NCBI RefSeq assembly: GCF_051201565.1
Contig: NZ_CP179200.1
Location: 1,380,001-1,412,000 of the forward strand
Origin: Pseudothioglobus sp. nBUS_23
Lineage (GTDB): Bacteria; Pseudomonadota; Gammaproteobacteria; PS1; Pseudothioglobaceae
Length of the DNA: 32,000 bases
Direction: 5' to 3'
In this document: positions 1 to 9,322 of the stretch, piece by piece
Position numbering within the stretch: position 1 is the first letter of the stretch
Layout of the letters: the number at the start of each line of letters is the position of its first letter
The notes under the pieces: model-generated
What the model saw: only the letters and a program-made list of their open reading frames with translations
Database searches by the model: none
Told to the model about the DNA's origin: nothing
Position numbers and translations under genes: made by a program

Positions 1-174
1 AGCAATAGCAAAAAGACCAATATTTTTAGTTAGTATTTCAGCTGTATTTTTGCTCCTTACCAATCCAGCCTCTAGCATTGAAAAGCCAGCTGCCATCCAC
101 ATAACAAGTGCACCCATTACCAAAAAGTAAAAGGTATCCATTGCATATTGTAATTCCAATATTTGATTTTCCAT
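1..174 (-). CDS. amtB: Ammonium transporter (Amt/AmtB), N-terminal fragment; the gene runs off the window start
   Basis: Minus-strand ATG at 172-174, 9 nt after the glnK stop. Hand translation MENQILELQYAMDTFYFLVMGALVMWMAAGFSMLEAGLVRSKNTAEILTKNIGLFAIA shows the conserved Amt TM1 region (GF.MLE.G.VR.KN). This is the canonical glnK-amtB pairing. Confidence 0.85.
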   Translation of the reverse strand, partial: MENQILELQYAMDTFYFLVMGALVMWMAAGFSMLEAGLVRSKNTAEILTKNIGLFAIA

Positions 175-183
175 TTCCTGCTC

Positions 184-528
184 CTATAGTGCCTCAGGAC
201 CAGATTCGCCCGTACGAATACGAACAACCTGCTCTAGGCTTGTAACAAAAATTTTGCCATCTCCGATCTTTCCGCCATTAATCTTGCAAGCAGAACTGAT
301 GGTTTCAATAACTTCATCAACTTGCTCGTCGGTAATTGCAATTTCTAATTTAACTTTAGGCAGGAACTCCACCACATACTCTGCACCTCTGTAGAGCTCA
401 GTGTGGCCTTTTTGTCTTCCAAACCCCTTTACTTCCGTAACAGAAACACCATTAATATCAATTTCTGAAAGAACTTGTCTCACGCTATCCAGTCTTTTTG
501 GCTGAATGTAAGCTGTTATCATTTTCAT
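184..528 (-). CDS. glnK: Nitrogen regulatory protein P-II (GlnK type)
   Basis: The 114-aa ORF is almost collinear with enterobacterial P-II. It has the T-loop GRQKGHTELYRGAEY with Tyr51 and the C-terminal GDGKIFV...IRIRTGE. GGAG Shine-Dalgarno upstream (tggagtaatgatATG). Directly followed by amtB. Confidence 0.95.
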   Translation of the reverse strand: MKMITAYIQPKRLDSVRQVLSEIDINGVSVTEVKGFGRQKGHTELYRGAEYVVEFLPKVKLEIAITDEQVDEVIETISSACKINGGKIGDGKIFVTSLEQVVRIRTGESGPEAL

Positions 529-544
529 ATCATTACTCCAATGT

Positions 545-589
545 TATAAACAAAGAAGCCCGCTACCTTCGAGAAAGTAGCGGGCTTCT
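545..589 (-). terminator. GC-rich hairpin followed on the minus strand by TTTGTTTAT; looks like an intrinsic terminator
   Basis: Stem 554-566 (agaagcccgctac) pairs with 577-589 (gtagcgggcttct), giving 13 bp and a 10-nt loop. The T-rich tail on the minus strand ends about 15 nt before the glnK Shine-Dalgarno. Confidence 0.45.
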
Positions 590-619
590 ATACCAGTTCA
601 GCTCATCTTTAAACTGACG

Positions 620-658
620 AAAAAAAACGCTTACCTGGGTTAGAACCCAAATAAACGT
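620..658 (-). terminator. Imperfect hairpin plus T8 tract on the minus strand, downstream of the ligase gene
   Basis: 627-658 folds as acgcTTAccTGGGT-taga-ACCCAaaTAAacgt with a core of 5 GC-rich bp plus extensions. It is followed on the minus strand by eight T (plus-strand A run 620-627). It lies about 60 nt after the ligase stop at 721. Confidence 0.45.
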
Positions 659-720
659 CAATGTCTTAACTTAAAACCAACTTCGGAATTAAGATGAACG
701 TTATTATATATAAAAAAATT

Positions 721-2619
721 TTAGGTATTGAGTTTTTTTAAATATTCAGACTCAGTTATGATTTCAACCTTATGTTTTTTTGCATCATTCATTTTTGATT
801 GACCAACATTTTCTCCAATAATCAGAAAATCTGTTTTTGAGCTTACGCTCTTTGCAACAGAGATACCGAGCATTTTGGCTTGTTTTTCAAGTTCGGAGCG
901 TGAATGACTCATGGCGCCCGTAAACACAATTTTTTTATTATGAAAGGGGCTCTCAATTAAAGCGACTTCATCACTAAGGGGGGTTTTTTCTAGCTCAAAT
1001 CCAGTCTTTATCAAAATTTGGTATTCATCTCTAATAGATTCTAACCCTTTAAAAATTTGCTCTGCAGTTAGCTCTGCGAAACCATCTATATTTGCAATTT
1101 CATCGGCTGTTAATTCAAAAACCTCTTCTATAGGATAATTTTTGAATAAATTTTCACAGTTGCCCATCCCGAGTCTTTGCACACCAAAAGCAGCCAAAAA
1201 ACGCCAATCCTCAATACTTTCATGTCGCGACCTATTAAGCTGATCTATTAGATTTTTTGAGGTTTTCTCTCCAAAGCCCATTGCAATTAATTGATCTATC
1301 TCTAGAAGATAAATTTCACTAACGCGACGAATACCGTTTTCATAAAGCTTTTTAATAGTCGCTTGTCCAAAGCCATCATTATTTGCAAGAATTTTAAAAA
1401 AATATATCATTTTTCCTCTAACTTGATCAGGACAAGAATTGATATTAGGACACATAAGGAAGTCCGCATCCCAAATAAGCTGTGACTCACAACTTGGGCA
1501 ATTAGAGGGAATATTTACTTCTGCTTTTTTTAGGACTTTATTAATTTTTGGAATAACCATTCCGCTTCGAGTTAACTCGACAATGCTTCCAGCTCCGAGA
1601 CCTTGCTCCTTTACTAAGCCAAAATGATGGCCTGTGGCTCTGTAGATTGTTGCTCCACTGAGCTGGGTTGGCTCTAACTCTGCAACTGGCGTAATTTTTC
1701 CAGTTCTTCCAACTTGTGGTGTTATTGAAATGACTTTGACTTGTGCTTTTTCTTTATTTTCCTTAAAGGCAATTTGCCATCGATGAAACTTTCGGTTTGA
1801 CCCCATATGTATTTTTAAATCAGTATTTACGACTTCAAAAACAACACCGTCAATATCAAAATCAACACCTTGTTCTAATTCTGAGACTATTTCAGCAAAC
1901 TGATCCTTAAACTGTTTGATACTCCCTTGCCAAAAGGGGAGTTGCTTAAAGGGAACAAATAAAGCAGCCTTGACATTTATTGCATCTTTAGCGAAATGGT
2001 CCAACTCTTTTTCTTTAATTAGACTCGCTTGAAAGTTTCGCGGGTATTCAAAATGACCACTTAAATGGTTTTCAAAGTAACTTCTCTTAACAACTATCTC
2101 ACCAGGACCTTGCCCTCTTTCACTATCATTAAGGATTCCAAGGCCTCTATCAAATACTCTTGATATATCACTCCCCTTATTGCCATCGCCACGAGTGTAG
2201 AGTTTAGCCCCATCATCATATCCTGCAAATCCATCAAGCTTTGCAGTTCCTTTGATTAAAACTTCATCTAATGGAAATTCAAAATCATCAGAAAATTTAG
2301 CAATCCTCTCTAGCCATTTCTCGACCTCACCCCATGTATAGGCTTTATCAGTTGACAGCATCTTCTCTGGAAGCTTAATTTTCTCTTCTGAAAACCCTTC
2401 AATCTCGTCTTCGATTTGCTTAAGAAAAGGGTGGCTAGGAATTCTTTTGGCGAGCTCTGAAATGAAAATAAAATCATAATTCTCATCAGTGACAATTGGA
2501 ATACCTGCTCGGTATCTTTGATTCGCTATCTTACAGAATTCTACTAGATGATTATCTGACAAATCACTGACTAAAGTGATTTGATCAGATATATCTTGAA
2601 TTTGTTTTTCTGTAAGCAT
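721..2619 (-). CDS. ligA: NAD+-dependent DNA ligase with full LigA architecture but divergent sequence
   Basis: 632 aa. Adenylation motif GTAKLDGFAG (KxDG). Ia-domain pattern RY..(8)..DENYD. Motif DGVVFEV. Four-Cys zinc finger CPSCESQLIWDADFLMCPNINSC. HhH region. C-terminal BRCT (KKIVFTGAM...DFLIIGENVGQSK..AKK). Confidence 0.88.
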   Translation of the reverse strand: MLTEKQIQDISDQITLVSDLSDNHLVEFCKIANQRYRAGIPIVTDENYDFIFISELAKRIPSHPFLKQIEDEIEGFSEEKIKLPEKMLSTDKAYTWGEVEKWLERIAKFSDDFEFPLDEVLIKGTAKLDGFAGYDDGAKLYTRGDGNKGSDISRVFDRGLGILNDSERGQGPGEIVVKRSYFENHLSGHFEYPRNFQASLIKEKELDHFAKDAINVKAALFVPFKQLPFWQGSIKQFKDQFAEIVSELEQGVDFDIDGVVFEVVNTDLKIHMGSNRKFHRWQIAFKENKEKAQVKVISITPQVGRTGKITPVAELEPTQLSGATIYRATGHHFGLVKEQGLGAGSIVELTRSGMVIPKINKVLKKAEVNIPSNCPSCESQLIWDADFLMCPNINSCPDQVRGKMIYFFKILANNDGFGQATIKKLYENGIRRVSEIYLLEIDQLIAMGFGEKTSKNLIDQLNRSRHESIEDWRFLAAFGVQRLGMGNCENLFKNYPIEEVFELTADEIANIDGFAELTAEQIFKGLESIRDEYQILIKTGFELEKTPLSDEVALIESPFHNKKIVFTGAMSHSRSELEKQAKMLGISVAKSVSSKTDFLIIGENVGQSKMNDAKKHKVEIITESEYLKKLNT

Positions 2620-2649
2620 GATTTTTACAATCTAGCTTTTATTATTAAA

Positions 2650-3711
2650 TTAGAACTTAGAGGCGATTTGGTCAAATAGTTCTGCGCTATAACTAATCGT
2701 TTTCTCGTCATTTTCTTCACTAAGGTCAACAAAGATTACTCTAGTTTGTGAATTGATATCTTCTTTCAGAATTAATTGATACGTTTTGGTCATCGATGCA
2801 CTAGCAAGGAGCTTTGAGAATAAGCTCTTATTTGGAGTGACATTAATAAAGTAACTTCCTTCAATCTGATCACGATCCTCAATATCAATACTAAGTTCAT
2901 CAAGCGCCCATCCTATGAGCTTCCATGATTCCTTTTTATCGAATGGAAATATCAAGTTTGCATAACCTGTTTCAGAGAGCTCAACTATTACATTTGAAAT
3001 ATTTTCAGCTGTATTGGATTGAATTTTAGATACAGCATCTGAACGATCGTTTCCTAGAAAAACCATCAACTGAAGAAGCATTTCAGTTTCAAGTTCAACG
3101 TCTTTTTCTCTTGGCTGCCATACTCTAGTTGCGCCGCTGACGACTTCCCCTATTGAGCTCAATGTTAAGTATACTTCAGACTTCATTGGGTCATCTGTTG
3201 GCTCAATTCTTATTCTATATTTATCAGCAATAGGGAGCCCATATTGAGTTTTTAATGCTTTCGACAATGCAGCGCGTATTGAGCCCAATGACTTATCTGG
3301 AACTTGCGTCTCAATTTCGAGGTAATCTGTCTCAATGAGTCCAATTTTTTGATTTTCATTCTCTATTTTGAAGCCATAAGAGCGAAAAAATTCTTTTGAC
3401 AAAACCCAAACCTCATTTGGAGAAAGATTAACTAAAAGCCAACGACGATATTTATCTCTTTGAATCTCAATATTTTGAACCCTCTGTGCAACTTCTCCAT
3501 CATCAGCAATTTCCTCAACTTCAGTTAAGGCCTGAAGAGCGCTAGGCTTAGTAAGATCTGGAGGAATAATAAGAGAATCAACTTTTTCGTCAGCTTGATA
3601 ATTGATATCCCGACTGCCTAAACCAATTTCCTTTACTGGATCAGTGACTTTTGAGCAGCTAGCTAAAAATAAACTTATTAATACAATATTAAAATAATTT
3701 ACAATCTTCAT
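2650..3711 (-). CDS. bamC: Outer-membrane protein assembly factor BamC (NlpB) lipoprotein
   Basis: 353 aa. Lipobox LFLASC|S. Collinear with E. coli NlpB at LIIPPDLTKP and VWVLSKEFF..YGFKIE.E....GLIETDY. Sits immediately after dapA with an ATGA overlap, the classical dapA-bamC arrangement. Confidence 0.85.
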   Translation of the reverse strand: MKIVNYFNIVLISLFLASCSKVTDPVKEIGLGSRDINYQADEKVDSLIIPPDLTKPSALQALTEVEEIADDGEVAQRVQNIEIQRDKYRRWLLVNLSPNEVWVLSKEFFRSYGFKIENENQKIGLIETDYLEIETQVPDKSLGSIRAALSKALKTQYGLPIADKYRIRIEPTDDPMKSEVYLTLSSIGEVVSGATRVWQPREKDVELETEMLLQLMVFLGNDRSDAVSKIQSNTAENISNVIVELSETGYANLIFPFDKKESWKLIGWALDELSIDIEDRDQIEGSYFINVTPNKSLFSKLLASASMTKTYQLILKEDINSQTRVIFVDLSEENDEKTISYSAELFDQIASKF

Positions 3712-4598
3712 ATTAGGTTTAATTCCTTTAAATCATTCTCTATTAATGGTCTGAATTCACTCGACAACTCTATCAGTGGCAGCCTTATTCCTTTTGAACA
3801 CATGCCCATTTTATGAAGAGCCCATTTAACCGGAATTGGATTGGATTCTACAAACAAATTCTGATGAAGACTTGTCAGCTCTTTATTCGCCTTTTTGGCT
3901 AAGTCAGCATTTCCGGCGATAGCCGTCATGTAAACTTTTTGAAGCTCTTTAGGCGTCACATTAGCGGTAACAGAGATTCCGCCATGCCCTCCCAAAAGCA
4001 GAAAATCGACAGCAGTGGCGTCATCTCCAGTCAATAGTAAAAAATCTTCAGGGCAGCTTTTAACAAGCCCTTTAATTACTGCAAGATCTCCAGTCGCATC
4101 TTTGATGCCAATTATATTTGAGATTTTGGATAGCCTTGCAGTTGTTTCTACAGACATATTTACTGCAGTTCTTCCAGGCACATTATATAAGATCTGATTA
4201 ATATCTACACTCTCAGCAATCAGCTTAAAATGTTGAAACAAGCCTTCCTGGGTTGGCTTGTTATAGTAAGGCGTAACAAGAAGGCAAGCATCGGCACCAA
4301 GATTTTTAGCCTCTTGAGTCAGCTCAATCGCCTCTGAAGTTGAGTTAGCCCCTGTTCCCGCAATTATTGGAATTCTTCTTGCTGCATACTCAATTGTATG
4401 CTTGATTATTTTAAGGTGCTCTTTTACTCCTACAGTTGCTGACTCTCCTGTAGTTCCAACTGATACAATCGAGCTCGTTCCAGCATCGATATGAAAGTCA
4501 ATGAGATTATTCAGAGACTCATAATCTACAGCGCCATCATCAAACATTGGAGTTATCAAAGCAACATTTGAGCCTTTATAGGAGTGTTTTATTGTCAT
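3708..4598 (-). CDS. dapA: 4-hydroxy-tetrahydrodipicolinate synthase
   Basis: 296 aa. Contains GSNVALITPM, VGTTGES, YNVPGRT and the IIGIKDATG region with the active-site Lys. Typical DapA length. Confidence 0.95.
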   Translation of the reverse strand: MTIKHSYKGSNVALITPMFDDGAVDYESLNNLIDFHIDAGTSSIVSVGTTGESATVGVKEHLKIIKHTIEYAARRIPIIAGTGANSTSEAIELTQEAKNLGADACLLVTPYYNKPTQEGLFQHFKLIAESVDINQILYNVPGRTAVNMSVETTARLSKISNIIGIKDATGDLAVIKGLVKSCPEDFLLLTGDDATAVDFLLLGGHGGISVTANVTPKELQKVYMTAIAGNADLAKKANKELTSLHQNLFVESNPIPVKWALHKMGMCSKGIRLPLIELSSEFRPLIENDLKELNLI

Positions 4599-4678
4599 AA
4601 AGTGTTTATTAAAGTGTTGTTAAATTATATACGATTGGCCTCACAATAACAATTCAGGAAGGTGTTTAAATCAAGCAA

Positions 4679-5353
4679 CTAACTGGATAAAATGTCAGGT
4701 CTTTTCTGTTTTGTTTTCTTCATTGCCTGCTCTTGCCGCCAAGCATCAATTTTAGCCTGATTACCACTCAATAAGACCTCGGGCACGGATTCACCGTCAA
4801 TACTCTCGGGCCTTGTATAGTGGGGATAATCAAGCAAATTATCTGCAAATGAGTCATTCAGAGAGTCTTTGTTTCCAAGCACATTATCTAAACGCCTGCT
4901 AACCGCATCAATTAATACCATTGAGGCCAATTCTCCTCCACTAATGACATAATCACCTATTGAAACTTCAAAGTCTACATCATTTTCGATTACTCTCTCA
5001 TCGACACCTTCGTAACGACCACAAAGGAGTGTCAATGAATCAAATTTTGTCAACTTCTCAACTAGTTTCTGATTTAAGGGCTCTCCCTGAGGTGACAAAT
5101 AAATGACCTTTGTATCAGGCTCCAATTCTTTGATTTTTGTTAGGCAATCCCTTATTGGTTTTACCTGCATGACCATCCCTGCACCGCCGCCATAAGGCTT
5201 ATCATCAACATTTTTATATTTGTTACTGCTAAAGTCTCTAAGTTGCCATTCTCTTATGGAAATGATTGAATTCTTAAGTGCCCTTGAAATGACACCCTCT
5301 TCTTTGATAGCAGAAAACATTTCAGGGAAGAGTGTAATGATATCAAATTTCAT
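4679..5353 (-). CDS. trmD: tRNA (guanine37-N1)-methyltransferase
   Basis: 224 aa. Collinear with E. coli TrmD at ITLFPEMF, VDDKPYGGGAGMVM, YLSPQG, CGRYEGVDERV, IGDYVISGGE and HYTRP. Confidence 0.93.
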   Translation of the reverse strand: MKFDIITLFPEMFSAIKEEGVISRALKNSIISIREWQLRDFSSNKYKNVDDKPYGGGAGMVMQVKPIRDCLTKIKELEPDTKVIYLSPQGEPLNQKLVEKLTKFDSLTLLCGRYEGVDERVIENDVDFEVSIGDYVISGGELASMVLIDAVSRRLDNVLGNKDSLNDSFADNLLDYPHYTRPESIDGESVPEVLLSGNQAKIDAWRQEQAMKKTKQKRPDILSS

Positions 5354-5365
5354 TTAGTACCCCTA

Positions 5366-6502
5366 CTAGACGAGTATCTTCGCTAGAACTCCACAATAGA
5401 TTTTGCTTAAATCTTCTAGATCTTGAACTAATACAGATTCATTAACCTGATGAATCGTTGCGTTGACTGGTCCAAGCTCTACAACCTGGGTACCTTTTTG
5501 AGCAATAAATCTTCCATCTGAAGTTCCTCCAGATGTTGATAGCTCTGGTTCAATACCTTTAGTTTCTTGAATCGAGCTGACGCAGGCTGAAACCAAATCA
5601 CCTACCGGAGTCAAAAATGGATACCCAGAGTGAGACCAATCGATGGTGTAGTCAATTTTATGCAAATCCAAAATTTCATGGACCTTAGTCATCAATTCTT
5701 CTTTTGTCGTTTCTGTTGAGTAGCGAAAGTTGAACATAACTTTAGCTTCACCCGGAATAACATTTGTCACACCATCACCAGAATGAAAATTTGAAATTTG
5801 AAATGAGGTTGCTGGAAAATACTCATTGCCACTATCCCATTCTTGAAGACATAAATCATTGAGCGCTGGAGCAATAAAGTGAATGGGATTTTTAGCCAAA
5901 TGAGGGTAAGCAACATGGCCCTGCTGACCTTTAACATTAATCACTCCGTTTAGTGAGCCCCTTCTACCATTTTTAATAACGTCCCCAGTAATTGAGGTGG
6001 AAGAAGGCTCTCCAAGCACACAGTAATCAATTTTTGTGTCATTTTCTTTGAGATAATCCATTACTTTTACTGTTCCATTGACAGCAACTCCCTCTTCATC
6101 AGATGTAATCAAAAAAGCAATAGTTCCCTCATGATTCGGATTGTCTTTAACAAAGTTTTCGGTTGCAGTAACCATAGCTGCAAGTCCACCTTTCATGTCG
6201 GCCGAACCCCTACCAAACAAGAAACCATCCTTGATGGTAGGTTCAAAAGGCTTAGTATTCCAAGCCTCTTCATTTCCAGCTGGGACAACGTCAGTGTGGC
6301 CTGCAAAAGCAAAGATAGGGCGGTTATTACCGCGAGTAGCCCAGAAGTTATCAACATCTCCAAATTTCAGTGGATGAATATCAAAACCAATTTTTTTGAG
6401 TCGCTCTATCATTATTGCCTGGCAGCCATTATCGTCAGGTGTAACTGAGGCATGGCTTATAAGTGATTTAGCTAGTTCTACTGTTTTACTCATGGCTGTC
6501 AT
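5366..6502 (-). CDS. dapE: Succinyl-diaminopimelate desuccinylase
   Basis: 378 aa M20 peptidase. Contains SVTPDDNGCQ, AGHTDVVP, GRGSADMKG and SDEEG. The start at 6502 overlaps the ccmI stop (ATGA). The alternative ATG at 6493 (MSKTVEL...) aligns slightly better with E. coli DapE. Confidence 0.92.
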   Translation of the reverse strand: MTAMSKTVELAKSLISHASVTPDDNGCQAIMIERLKKIGFDIHPLKFGDVDNFWATRGNNRPIFAFAGHTDVVPAGNEEAWNTKPFEPTIKDGFLFGRGSADMKGGLAAMVTATENFVKDNPNHEGTIAFLITSDEEGVAVNGTVKVMDYLKENDTKIDYCVLGEPSSTSITGDVIKNGRRGSLNGVINVKGQQGHVAYPHLAKNPIHFIAPALNDLCLQEWDSGNEYFPATSFQISNFHSGDGVTNVIPGEAKVMFNFRYSTETTKEELMTKVHEILDLHKIDYTIDWSHSGYPFLTPVGDLVSACVSSIQETKGIEPELSTSGGTSDGRFIAQKGTQVVELGPVNATIHQVNESVLVQDLEDLSKIYCGVLAKILV

Positions 6503-7308
6503 TTTACTTGTAAATTCAATACGGTATCTAAAGCCTCTTCGATTATATTTCTGTCAGGATGATCTACAGGCATAAGGTAAAGTGCCTTTTGCCAAAAATC
6601 AATTGCAACATTAAGATTCCCCTCGTGCGCTGCAACAATACCTGAAAAATACAAAACCTGAACAGATTGAGAATCTAGATTAAAAGCCTCCTCAATCAAG
6701 TCTCTAGACTTTCCATCAAACTGGCCTTCTTGAGTTGCAGCAATGGCACTCGCATATTGAAGCAATAAGTCAATATCTTTAGGATTTATTTGGTATGCCC
6801 TCTCAAAAGCCACAATTGATTCATCTGTATTACCGATTCCAATCTGAGCAAGGCCCATCATCTTTAAGGCTTGGAAATCATCTGGATTCTCTTCCAAAAA
6901 AGTTTGAAGCTTTTTGATACTCTCATTCATAGTCATTGGTTCAGATAAAACCTGACTACCTGGAAGGAACTTTGGTGACAATTGAGAGTATAGAGCGATC
7001 GATAAGGCACTTAAACACATAAATACTGCAATCGTCCAATTGATCGGCTTTATTTTAACGCTAGCTTTATTGTTATTCGTTAATTCATTAGCCAGTGTGT
7101 TTACGATCTCTGATCCTGCAACCTGGAACTGCTCATCATCAATGAATCCTTGATTGATATCAATTTCTAACTCTTCCTGCCTTTGCTTATTAATTGCAAT
7201 ATTTGATTCATCCTGACTTAAGCCAGATTTTATTGGTCTGTAAAGAAACCAACCAATAAATAGACATGTCAAAATAAGCATAATGAGGAATTGCCAAGAA
7301 AAAATCAT
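6499..7308 (-). CDS. ccmI: c-type cytochrome biogenesis protein CcmI (CycH), TPR-containing
   Basis: 269 aa. N-terminal TM helix, then LYRP, a second TM helix and C-terminal TPR-like repeats (AFERAYQINPKD, WQKALYLMP). Follows ccmF directly with an ATGA overlap. Confidence 0.75.
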   Translation of the reverse strand: MIFSWQFLIMLILTCLFIGWFLYRPIKSGLSQDESNIAINKQRQEELEIDINQGFIDDEQFQVAGSEIVNTLANELTNNNKASVKIKPINWTIAVFMCLSALSIALYSQLSPKFLPGSQVLSEPMTMNESIKKLQTFLEENPDDFQALKMMGLAQIGIGNTDESIVAFERAYQINPKDIDLLLQYASAIAATQEGQFDGKSRDLIEEAFNLDSQSVQVLYFSGIVAAHEGNLNVAIDFWQKALYLMPVDHPDRNIIEEALDTVLNLQVK

Positions 7309-9212
7309 GACTTTATCCTCGTTATGTATCTTCGATCAACCGCTGCTAAAAATGCTCCAAGGGCAATCATAAGTCCGCCAAGCCATATCCAGCGAACCAG
7401 TGGCTTGTAGTAGATTCTTACGCTCCAAGCGCCGCCCTCTAAACTTTCACCCAGTGCAACATAAAGATCACGAGTTAGTGATGGATCAATTGATGCCTCT
7501 GTCATTGGCATTCCAGTTTGGTATAAACGCTTCTCAGGTTTTAGCTGAGTGACTTTCTTGTTGTTTCTAGAAACACTAATATCACCAATGAATCCTGAAT
7601 AATTATCTTTCGAGTGAGGACTTACGCCATTAAATATAAAATCAAATCCAGCAATCGTTTGCTTTTCCCCAACGGTCATTTTGATATCTTTTTCGACTCC
7701 TAGCTGAGTGGTCACAGTTGCTCCAAGAACGAACACAGCTATTCCAAGATGAGCAACAACCATACCAAGGAAAGACATAGTTACTTTAGATTTTGTTTTT
7801 AGCCTTTTAATTAATAGAACCATGACATGGTTTACCACCCAGATAAATAGCCCTATTGCAACAATAACAAAAATATTTTTAGTAATGAAAACCCATGAAA
7901 GTATGGTTAAAAGAGAAATGTATATCCACTGAAGTTTCAACAAGTTAAAAACCCTTGTTGATGAATCTTTTTTCCATCTAACATAAGGAAAAATTGCAAG
8001 TGCAAGAACTCCTGGAATCATAATTGGTACAAATACTGCATTGAAATAGGGCGCACCAACCGAAATTTTACCAAGATTAAGTGAATCCAAAATAAGTGGG
8101 TAAAGGGTACCCAAAAGAACACTCAACATGGCTGTGACTAGCAGGATATTATTTATCAGAAGGCCTGTCTCTCTGGATAATAAAGAAAAAGGATTACTTT
8201 GCTGTAATAAGCTAGAGCGCCATGTATAGAGGACAAGCGATCCGCCTATCACTATAAATAAAAATATGAGTATGAACAAGCCCCTTGTTGGATCAGTTGC
8301 AAAGGCATGGACTGAAGTCAATACTCCTGATCGCACCAAAAAAGTTCCAAGTAGGCTCAATGAAAAGCCTCCAATGGCAAGCAGAACAGTCCACTGCTTG
8401 AAAGCGCCTCGTTTTTCACTGACACTGAGAGAATGAATTAAGGCTGTTGCAACTAGCCAAGGCATGAATGAGGCATTCTCGACTGGATCCCAAAACCACC
8501 AGCCTCCCCAACCAAGCTCGTAATAAGCCCACCAACTGCCAAGCGTTATGCCAATAGTCAAAAATGACCAGGATACCAGTGTCCAGGGCCTCGTCCATCT
8601 AATCCAAGTACTATCAAGTTGGCCTCTAATAAGAGCAGATAATACAAAAGCGAATGGAACAGCTAGGCCGACATAGCCCATATAAAGCATTGGAGGATGA
8701 ACAGCAAGTCCAAAGTCTTGAAGAAGAGGATTAAGTTCTCGGCCCTCCATAGGAGGCATCATTAATCGCTCAAACGGATTGGACGTATACAAAAGAAAAA
8801 GTAAAAAACCCAAACTAATAGCCCCTAGAACTATCAAAGTCAGATTAATTAAGTCTGATGGAATTCGTTTAGAAAAAATCGAAACAGCAACAGTCCATAG
8901 AGATAGCACAAAAACCCATAATAGTAGAGAGCCTTCATGAGCACCCCAAACGGCTGAGGCCTTATATAAAAGTGGAAGTTGAGTATTTGAATTCTCTGCA
9001 ACATATTTAACTGAAAAATCATTCGTTAAAAATGCTGTTAGTAACACAAAGAATGCTACAGCTATCCAAAAACCTTGAGCCCAGACTAATGGCTTTGCAA
9101 GCTGAGCAAGAGATTCTTTATTTTGATAGAGTCCTATAGATGGAACTGCAATCAAAAATAGGGAAATAACTAGAGCGAGAACAAGTGCAAAATGCCCAAC
9201 TTCAATCAACAT
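7305..9212 (-). CDS. ccmF: Cytochrome c-type biogenesis heme lyase subunit CcmF
   Basis: 635-aa polytopic membrane protein carrying the WWD signature WGGWWFWDPVENASFMPWL and conserved His residues. Confidence 0.93.
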   Translation of the reverse strand: MLIEVGHFALVLALVISLFLIAVPSIGLYQNKESLAQLAKPLVWAQGFWIAVAFFVLLTAFLTNDFSVKYVAENSNTQLPLLYKASAVWGAHEGSLLLWVFVLSLWTVAVSIFSKRIPSDLINLTLIVLGAISLGFLLFLLYTSNPFERLMMPPMEGRELNPLLQDFGLAVHPPMLYMGYVGLAVPFAFVLSALIRGQLDSTWIRWTRPWTLVSWSFLTIGITLGSWWAYYELGWGGWWFWDPVENASFMPWLVATALIHSLSVSEKRGAFKQWTVLLAIGGFSLSLLGTFLVRSGVLTSVHAFATDPTRGLFILIFLFIVIGGSLVLYTWRSSLLQQSNPFSLLSRETGLLINNILLVTAMLSVLLGTLYPLILDSLNLGKISVGAPYFNAVFVPIMIPGVLALAIFPYVRWKKDSSTRVFNLLKLQWIYISLLTILSWVFITKNIFVIVAIGLFIWVVNHVMVLLIKRLKTKSKVTMSFLGMVVAHLGIAVFVLGATVTTQLGVEKDIKMTVGEKQTIAGFDFIFNGVSPHSKDNYSGFIGDISVSRNNKKVTQLKPEKRLYQTGMPMTEASIDPSLTRDLYVALGESLEGGAWSVRIYYKPLVRWIWLGGLMIALGAFLAAVDRRYITRIKS

Positions 9213-9322
9213 ATAGCCATACTTTTATTGTGTTTTTAAGAGCTAATATTTTACAGGATTTCTTATGTTTAATCCTAATAGACGTTGCTAAATTAAAAAG
9301 GAATATCCCAAAAAATATCAAA

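Noticed and set aside
529-720. Sigma-54 (NtrC-type) promoter upstream of glnK
   Set aside because: The best candidate on the minus strand (ctGGtatagaagcccGCt) has GG-to-GC spacing off by one from the strict -24/-12 geometry and poor flanking matches.
9185-9322. N-terminal 46-aa extension of the MBL hydrolase ORF (track start 9185)
   Set aside because: It overlaps the 5' end of ccmF on the other strand and would leave no promoter space. The residues look non-protein-like, and the ATG at 9323 precedes the predicted membrane helix.
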